Assembly: GCF_000020025.1 (NCBI RefSeq)
Contig: NC_010628.1
Span: forward strand, 90,001 to 122,000
DNA from: Nostoc punctiforme PCC 73102
Lineage (GTDB): Bacteria; Cyanobacteriota; Cyanobacteriia; Cyanobacteriales; Nostocaceae
Length of the DNA stretch: 32,000 nucleotides
Direction: 5' to 3'
Shown here one piece after another: positions 26,290-32,000 of the stretch. Within the stretch, counting starts at the first letter, position 1, and each line of letters begins with the position of its first letter. Made by a program: the position numbers and the translations under genes. A model generated the notes under the pieces. It saw nothing but the letters and a program-made list of their open reading frames with translations, had not been told where the DNA came from and did not search any database.

Positions 26290-27736
26290 TAGGGGCGCAC
26301 ATCTGTCATTGGTGTCAACTTAAGCAAAAAGTAAGCAAAAGATGTAATCTAAGAACATTACTAATGATGTTCTTAGAGATACATCATGGCAAGAAAACGC
26401 CCAGCGCGAACAGGAAACCCAGACCTGCGGCAACAAAAACAAGTACCGATGCCGCCAATAGAGGAAATTGAACAAAAAATCTACTCATTACTATCTCCGC
26501 TCAACTTTAAACCCTTGAAATTGTACGAAACGGAAGAAAAGAAACCATTCCGAGACAGAATACTGACCTTATCGGTAATGATGGCGCTCGTTGTGAGTTT
26601 AGTATATCGTCAGATTCCTGGATTAAGAGAAGTACAAAGAGTCCTATGCGAAGAAGGATTATTGTGGGCAGGTCGGATTGAAGTGAGTGCCCAAGCAGTT
26701 TCAAAACGATTGAGAACACTACCAATAGAATTATTTGCACAAATTTTCGAGCAAGTAATGGAAAGAATGAATGTGCAGCCACAAAATCAGGCAGTACCAG
26801 AGAATTGGCAGCCAGTATGCGCCAAATTTACAGCCATCTGGATTGCTGACGGTTCAACCCTAGAAGCACTAAGACGCAAACTCAAAGTACTACAAGAACA
26901 AGAAAAAACACTTGCTGGCAAAATTATGATGGTGGTAGAAGCATTTAGCCATCACCCAGTCACAACCTGGTATACGCAAAACAGCAAAGCCAATGATAAA
27001 ACTTGGTGCGAACAATTACTTGAACGCCTACCAATTGGTGGATTGCTGATTTTTGATTTAGGATTTTTTAAGTTTCCTTGGTTTGATGCGTTCACAGAAG
27101 CTGATAAGTTTTTTTTGACAAGACTGCGAGAAAAAACTTCTTACAAGGTGATACGTTGTTTGACCAATGCCTCATTCTACCGTAATGAAATTATATCTAT
27201 GGGGGAATATCGCTCTAATCCTTGCCAGCACCAAGTACGTTTAGTTTCTGTTTTGTGGGGTTCAACTTGGTACTATTACCTGACAAATGTACTCGACCCA
27301 CAAATGTTATCTGCTCATCTTGTCTGTGAATTAGGGAGCAGGCGCTGGCGCGTTGAAGATGCTTTTCTGCTCACAAAAAGACTTTTAGGTTTAGCTTATA
27401 TTTGGGTTGGGGACAACAATGGCGTACAAATCCAGATTTTTGCCACTTGGATTTTTTATGCTGTTCTTAACCAATTATGTATCGATATAGCGATCGCCCT
27501 CAACCAACCTTTAGACCGAATTTCTACAGAAATGGTATTTCGTGCTTTATACCATTTTTCACAAGCTGTTCTCCGTGGTGATGCACATGAGGCTGTTCCT
27601 TATCTTGTGGAACGTCAAAAGCTGTTTGGATTAGTTAAAGCAAGGCGTAAGCGTCATCGAGAGATTGACGCTTACACCCAACAAATTTGGGCAAAATCTT
27701 CTTAAGTTGACACCAATGCACATCTGTGTGCCCCTA
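26290..27736 (+). mobile_element. IS4-family insertion sequence (~1.45 kb) with ~35-bp terminal inverted repeats
   Basis: The left IR is taggggcgcacatctgtcattggtgtcaacttaag (26290-26324). The right IR is cttaagttgacaccaatgcacatctgtgtgccccta (27701-27736). The inner 18 bp are a perfect match and the outer part is imperfect with one indel. The transposase stop codon lies inside the right IR. No flanking direct repeat was found. Confidence 0.85.
26386..27705 (+). CDS. IS4-family DDE transposase
   Basis: 439-aa ORF. It contains WIADGSTLE (D), LLIFDLGFF (D) and RRWRVEDAFLLTKR, which fits the R(3)E(6)K part of the IS4 YREK signature. The Tyr position is Gly here. Confidence 0.8.
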   Translation: MARKRPARTGNPDLRQQKQVPMPPIEEIEQKIYSLLSPLNFKPLKLYETEEKKPFRDRILTLSVMMALVVSLVYRQIPGLREVQRVLCEEGLLWAGRIEVSAQAVSKRLRTLPIELFAQIFEQVMERMNVQPQNQAVPENWQPVCAKFTAIWIADGSTLEALRRKLKVLQEQEKTLAGKIMMVVEAFSHHPVTTWYTQNSKANDKTWCEQLLERLPIGGLLIFDLGFFKFPWFDAFTEADKFFLTRLREKTSYKVIRCLTNASFYRNEIISMGEYRSNPCQHQVRLVSVLWGSTWYYYLTNVLDPQMLSAHLVCELGSRRWRVEDAFLLTKRLLGLAYIWVGDNNGVQIQIFATWIFYAVLNQLCIDIAIALNQPLDRISTEMVFRALYHFSQAVLRGDAHEAVPYLVERQKLFGLVKARRKRHREIDAYTQQIWAKSS

Positions 27737-28027
27737 CAAAATGCCTATGTTGCAAGCGATTGAGAACTGAAAACAAGGGAAATCGGGTAATTAATGAGTC
27801 TTTTCTAACGTTACGGATTATACTTAGATTTTAAAATACTAGGAATTTCCTGAAGACACTGTACATAACAAATGTTACTGTGGCCTAGTTGAAAACCAAG
27901 AGGCAGATAGCCTTTACCAATATTGAATCTGCTTTGTATTTCTACACAACAGTCACGGTCATAGGCACAATATTCAAGTAACTTGAAATATGAAAATCAC
28001 TCGTATTCACCGCCAGTTTGAAAAACT

Positions 28028-28870
28028 ATGGTTAACCGTTTTACTTCCGTGAGTACTGCCCTCACCGTTAAGGTAGTTGGAATAATCTGCATTTTGTCGT
28101 TTTTTGTGGACTTTTTGATTCTATTGTTACCCTTTCAACCGACTGATCGGGTATGGCAAATCAACTTGGCAACAGCGCTAGTCGATCGGGGGATTGTTCC
28201 TCTAGTAGGACTGGGACTGCTGTTTGCTGCCTATTGGATTGAAAACGCTGATGCAGGAAGCGATCGCCCCCAAGGGATCGATTTAAGATTTCCCGCTGTG
28301 ATTCTCTCAAGTATTTTAGGGTTGATGTTCTTGCTGATTTTTCCCCTGCACCTCAATAACGTCAATCAAGCTAAGACTCAAACACTCAATCGAATCACCC
28401 AAGAAGCAGATCAGGCAGAAGCTCAACTCAACACTCGCTTATCGCAATTGCAAGCACAACTGAATACTGAGCAAGGAAAAGCTCAATTAGATCAACTGCG
28501 AACCCAAACCAAAGCTCAGTTTAGTGAAATCCTCAAAGACGATCAAAAATACAAGCAAGCGCTTGAAAGCTCTCAAATTCCCCCAAATATCAAAGAGTTA
28601 CTGAAGAAGGCTAAAACAGATCCCCAAGCGCTTGACAAAGCTATCGAACAACAAACAGATATTCAGACACTGCGAACTCAACAACTGAGCCAAGTTCGCC
28701 AACGCAGAGAAGAAGCAGAACAACAAGCTAAAGACACTGCTTGGAAGTCTGGACTGCGGATTGGAATTAGCAGTTTGTTATTATCCATTGGTTACATTAT
28801 CATCGGCTGGACAGGCTTAAAAGGTATGGGTGCTGTACAAGGTGGTAAACCTAAAGCTACCGCCCGTTAA
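28028..28870 (+). CDS. hpsJ: membrane protein with central Gln-rich coiled coil (HpsJ-like)
   Basis: 280-aa ORF. It has three N-terminal hydrophobic segments, a ~120-aa Q/A/L-rich heptad-like region (AEAQLNTRLSQLQAQLNTEQGKAQLDQLRTQTKAQ...) and one C-terminal hydrophobic segment. The symbol is assigned by position and memory of the HpsJ family description. Confidence 0.6.
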   Translation: MVNRFTSVSTALTVKVVGIICILSFFVDFLILLLPFQPTDRVWQINLATALVDRGIVPLVGLGLLFAAYWIENADAGSDRPQGIDLRFPAVILSSILGLMFLLIFPLHLNNVNQAKTQTLNRITQEADQAEAQLNTRLSQLQAQLNTEQGKAQLDQLRTQTKAQFSEILKDDQKYKQALESSQIPPNIKELLKKAKTDPQALDKAIEQQTDIQTLRTQQLSQVRQRREEAEQQAKDTAWKSGLRIGISSLLLSIGYIIIGWTGLKGMGAVQGGKPKATAR

Positions 28871-28994
28871 TCCACTATTGGCATGGCAGTAAGACTTATA
28901 CAAAAATTATTCGGTTTATACTGCCATGCGCCTAATAGCTAATAAAAATAAAAAGGCAATTATCACTGAGTAAAATCGCTATAGAACTTGAGTA

Positions 28995-29903
28995 ATGTTC
29001 TCAATTTACATACTGACATATAACGAAGAACTAGATATTGCTGCTTGTATCGAATCAGCGATGCTATCGGATGACATTATTGTTGTGGATTCATGCAGTA
29101 GCGATCGCACTGTGGAAATTGCCAGTAGCTATCCCATCCGCGTTGTCCAACACGCTTTTGAAAGCCACGGCCGCCAACGCACCTGGATGTTAGAGTCTAT
29201 CCCCCCGAAGCACGAATGGGTTTATATTCTCGAAGCTGATGAGCGGATGACACCAGAACTGTTCGCGGAATGCGAAAAGGTAAGTCAGAATCTTGATTAC
29301 ATTGGTTACTACGTGGCTGAACGTGTCATGTTCATGAATCGTTGGATTCGCTACAGCACACAGTATCCCCGTTACCAAATGCGTCTCTTCCGCCACGGGA
29401 AGGTGTGGTTTACAGACTATGGTCATACTGAGCGGGAAGTTTGTGACGGTGCAACCAGCTTTTTAAAAGAAACATACCCCCACTACACTTGTAGCAAAGG
29501 TTTGAGCCGTTGGATTGATAAGCATAACCGTTATTCTACAGATGAAGCTCAAGAAACGCTGTATCAGCTAGAACAGGGAAAGGTCAACTGGCAAGATTTA
29601 TTCTTTGGTAAATCGGAAGTCGAAAAACGCCGCGCCTTGAAAGATTTGTCTTTGCGTTTACCCGCCAGACCGTTGCTACGCTTTGTATATATGTATTTTA
29701 TGTTAGGCGGATGTTTAGATGGACACGCTGGACTTGCCTGGTGTACATTGCAGGCATTCTACGAATACTTAATTTTGCTCAAAGTTTGGGAAATGAAGTA
29801 TCTACCAAAACCTAATTTAGACGTAACAGCAATTCTGGCACAAGAGAGTCCACAACAGATACAGTGTGCAGATTCGGAAACTACACAGGCTGATGTGGTG
29901 TAA
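28995..29903 (+). CDS. hpsK: family 2 glycosyltransferase (HpsK position)
   Basis: MFSIYILTYNEELDIAACIESA...IIVVDSCSSDRTVEIA...ILEADE (DxD-like). The GT2 N-terminal fold pattern is present. Confidence 0.7.
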   Translation: MFSIYILTYNEELDIAACIESAMLSDDIIVVDSCSSDRTVEIASSYPIRVVQHAFESHGRQRTWMLESIPPKHEWVYILEADERMTPELFAECEKVSQNLDYIGYYVAERVMFMNRWIRYSTQYPRYQMRLFRHGKVWFTDYGHTEREVCDGATSFLKETYPHYTCSKGLSRWIDKHNRYSTDEAQETLYQLEQGKVNWQDLFFGKSEVEKRRALKDLSLRLPARPLLRFVYMYFMLGGCLDGHAGLAWCTLQAFYEYLILLKVWEMKYLPKPNLDVTAILAQESPQQIQCADSETTQADVV

Positions 29904-29993
29904 AGGGGACTGGAGATTAGAAGGATTCCCGATAAAATCAACAAGCAGCGATCACCTACCCGCCCGATCGCAAAATCAGAATTTTGATGAATA

Positions 29994-30030
29994 GGGTAGC
30001 ACAGCTAGCTGTGCTACCCTACCGTGTTTT
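29994..30030. terminator. perfect 26-bp palindrome followed by a T-run
   Basis: gggtagcacagctagctgtgctaccc (29994-30019) is a perfect palindrome. It is followed by taccgtgtttt, 90 nt downstream of the last hps-cluster gene. Confidence 0.5.
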
Positions 30031-30433
30031 ACATTTAAACAAAACCGCCATAATCAATTAATGTTTTTAACAGACCATTTTCATAAAAAGCGCTCCCGAT
30101 CAAAAGTGGCTGACCCTATAAAATAACTCCTCGGTTTACCATGTGGTACTTTCACAATCATGAGCAGCTTTTGATTGAGCGCGATAGATTAGTAATACCT
30201 CATGACTTGCAACAATCATTTACAAGTCTTACAAGGAAAAGTAACATCCTCTGAGAATAACCAGCCGCCATCGGATTGGTTTATATCTATGTCTATGCTT
30301 GTAGGAAAATAGCTGATTTACAGCAACAAGTACGTATTCTTGCTGTAGTAGCCAAGCTGCTAGCATTTTGGATAGTTACTTGCGGCAGAAGTTGCTTCAA
30401 GTAAAGCCTTTGCTATTTGACGAATTTGCTGGT

Positions 30434-31198
30434 ATGGATACCAATAACAAAAGTTCCTCTAGCTTAAAACAGGAGAATCGGGGCTTGGTAATCGATCGCC
30501 TAAAACAGGACTTAAAAAACGACCTGATTGCTGGTTTGTTGGTAGTAATTCCCCTCGCAACCACTATCTGGCTGACAATTACCATTGCTAATTGGGTAAT
30601 CAATTTCCTCACGCAAATTCCCAAACAACTGAATCCTTTTGATGGGTTAAATCCAATTGTAGTAAATTTACTGAATTTATTAGTAGGATTAGCTGTGCCA
30701 CTACTATGTATCTTATTGATGGGCCTGATGGCTCGCAATATTGCAGGGCGGTGGTTATTAGATTTTGGTGAGCGATTATTACAAGCAATTCCCTTAGCTG
30801 GGCAGGTATACAAAACCCTCAAACAGCTTTTAGAAACAATACTAAAAGATTCTAATGGCAAATTTCGCCGGGTAATTTTGGTAGAGTATCCCCGCCGAGG
30901 AATTTGGGCGATCGCCTTTGTCACTGGTGCAATCAGCAGTGATATCCAAGCCCAGATGTCCCGCCCCGTCCTAAGTGTTTTTATCCCCACCACCCCAAAT
31001 CCAACTACCGGATGGTACGCAGTAGTTCCTGAAGACGAGGTGGTGAACCTCTCCATGTCCATTGAAGACGCTTTTAAGATAGTTGTATCAGGTGGCATTG
31101 TCGCCCCTAACACGCCCTTGGTTTTCCCCAAAGAGTCTAATCTGGAAGTAAAACACGACGAAGCCAATCGGCAGGTTATTTCCGTTGAAGAAACTTAA
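30434..31198 (+). CDS. DUF502-family membrane protein
   Basis: Hydrophobic segments are followed by the conserved-looking blocks IPLAGQVYKTLKQL, RRVILVEYPRRGIWAIAFVTG and IPTTPNPTTGWYAVVPEDEV. The ORF track starts at TTG 30368, but the in-frame ATG at 30434 is the more likely start. Confidence 0.75.
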   Translation: MDTNNKSSSSLKQENRGLVIDRLKQDLKNDLIAGLLVVIPLATTIWLTITIANWVINFLTQIPKQLNPFDGLNPIVVNLLNLLVGLAVPLLCILLMGLMARNIAGRWLLDFGERLLQAIPLAGQVYKTLKQLLETILKDSNGKFRRVILVEYPRRGIWAIAFVTGAISSDIQAQMSRPVLSVFIPTTPNPTTGWYAVVPEDEVVNLSMSIEDAFKIVVSGGIVAPNTPLVFPKESNLEVKHDEANRQVISVEET

Positions 31199-31320
31199 AA
31201 TCAATCCGGCAAAGTCACAAGCAAATGCGTAATGTTGTTGTTTGACTGTGCCAAAATTGATAGACTTGTAAGTTTGTCCCGCCTAGTTAATCAGTTCTCG
31301 CACAATCACCCCTGACTTTT

Positions 31321-31962
31321 ATGCAACCTCGTAAACCCCAGCAAATTGCTCGTGAATTGGCGCTTTTAAGCCTTAGCCAATTGCCAGTCAACCCAAAAAA
31401 ATTAGATACACTACTAGACGATCAGCTAGTATCCAAATTGGTGCTAGGAGCAGTACGCACCCTGACCTCAGAAGTGCAAGATACCCTCAATAATGCCGCA
31501 GGTGAACTGCAACGCAGTAACGATCGCCTTTTAAGTAGCCAAACTCGTGCTTCCGACCTCAATTCTGCCAGAACAATGCTTCAAGAAGCGATCGCCTGCA
31601 CCCAGACAGCAATCAATCAATTGGGTACGGCAGTTGATTTCCCCGAATTGATTCAACTAGCTAATCAGGACAAGGGAGTCCGTAATTACGCTAAAGAGCT
31701 TGTGATTACCGTCAACGAAAATCGACACATTATAGATGAACTCCTTTCTACTGCCTTAGTGGATTGGCAAGTAACTCGTCTGGCCCAACTTGACCGCGAT
31801 ATCCTGCAAATCGCTGTGGCAGAAATGAAATTCTTAGGAGTTCCAGATAGTATCGCCATCAACGAAGCTGTGGAGCTAGCCAAGCGCTACAGTGGAGACG
31901 ACGGTCATCGATTTATTAATGGTGTTTTGCGCCGAGTCACTGAGCAGAAAAAAACAGCATAG
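31321..31962 (+). CDS. nusB: transcription antitermination factor NusB (long cyanobacterial form)
   Basis: 213-aa ORF. It contains [12 protein letters not shown] at the N-terminus and the C-terminal NusB block [49 protein letters not shown]. Confidence 0.85.
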   Translation: MQPRKPQQIARELALLSLSQLPVNPKKLDTLLDDQLVSKLVLGAVRTLTSEVQDTLNNAAGELQRSNDRLLSSQTRASDLNSARTMLQEAIACTQTAINQLGTAVDFPELIQLANQDKGVRNYAKELVITVNENRHIIDELLSTALVDWQVTRLAQLDRDILQIAVAEMKFLGVPDSIAINEAVELAKRYSGDDGHRFINGVLRRVTEQKKTA

Positions 31963-32000
31963 TAACAGTGCCTAATTCATATACTGCTATGGAGAAAAGT

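Noticed and set aside
26262-26471. 69-aa ORF spanning the left end of the IS4 element
   Set aside because: It crosses the IS terminal inverted repeat and overlaps the transposase start in another frame. It has no motif and is most likely spurious.
24564-27736. Composite transposon carrying the DUF2064 gene
   Set aside because: The two flanking IS elements belong to different families (Harbinger/IS5-like versus IS4) with unrelated TIRs, so they cannot mobilise the intervening gene as a classical composite transposon. The DUF2064 gene also sits where the hps locus is expected to have it.
27990-28052. 20-codon ORF (MKITRIHRQFEKLWLTVLLP) overlapping the hpsJ start in another frame, considered as a third frameshift
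   Set aside because: There is no homopolymer at the overlap, and hpsJ has its own ATG followed directly by a plausible membrane N-terminus. Nothing suggests the upstream peptide belongs to the protein.
30141-30254. 37-codon ORF (MWYFHNHEQLLIERDRLVIPHDLQQSFTSLTRKSNIL) in the gap before the DUF502 gene
   Set aside because: There is no ribosome-binding site or recognisable motif, and conservation cannot be tested here. It is noted only as a candidate small ORF to check against Ribo-seq or comparative data.
30397-31167. 256-aa ORF antisense to the DUF502 gene
   Set aside because: It lies fully inside and opposite a gene with recognisable conserved blocks. Its product is low-complexity (S/T/K/R-rich) with no motif. 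It is a typical shadow ORF.

Overview
This 32-kb chromosomal segment looks like a filamentous (Nostocales-type) cyanobacterium. Support: 19 perfect HIP1 octamers (GCGATCGC) by manual scan, STRR-like heptamer arrays, MITE-like palindromic elements and Nostoc-style gene content. The left 12.5 kb is mostly housekeeping: birA, M23 peptidase, ribE, BFN-domain protein, Fe-S aldo/keto reductase, ABC exporter and metH. It is interrupted by a ~1.3-kb AT-rich two-gene islet (a DUF488 protein plus an uncharacterised gene split at a T8 tract). A 1-kb repeat-littered non-coding region follows. From 13.5 to 29.9 kb lies a type IV pilus-like pseudopilin/glycosyltransferase cluster. From memory, its order matches the hpsA-K hormogonium polysaccharide secretion locus of Nostoc punctiforme: giant 1566-aa HpsA, pseudopilins HpsB/C/D, three GT2 genes, a fourth pseudopilin, a DUF2064 protein, a coiled-coil membrane protein and a final GT2. 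The cluster encodes no ATPase, platform, secretin or prepilin peptidase. Here it is broken by two unrelated IS elements that bracket the DUF2064 gene. The right end carries a DUF502 membrane protein and nusB. Points worth follow-up: the minor-pilin/tip-complex logic of hpsA-D; a Glu5-less anchor and Ca-binding-like loops in HpsA; long pseudopilin leaders; an IS insertion exactly on the hpsH stop codon; two homopolymer-linked frame problems (A9 at 5620, A8/T8 at 8299); and the AT-rich DUF488 islet. All calls rest on reading the sequence and on remembered family motifs. No database search was possible.
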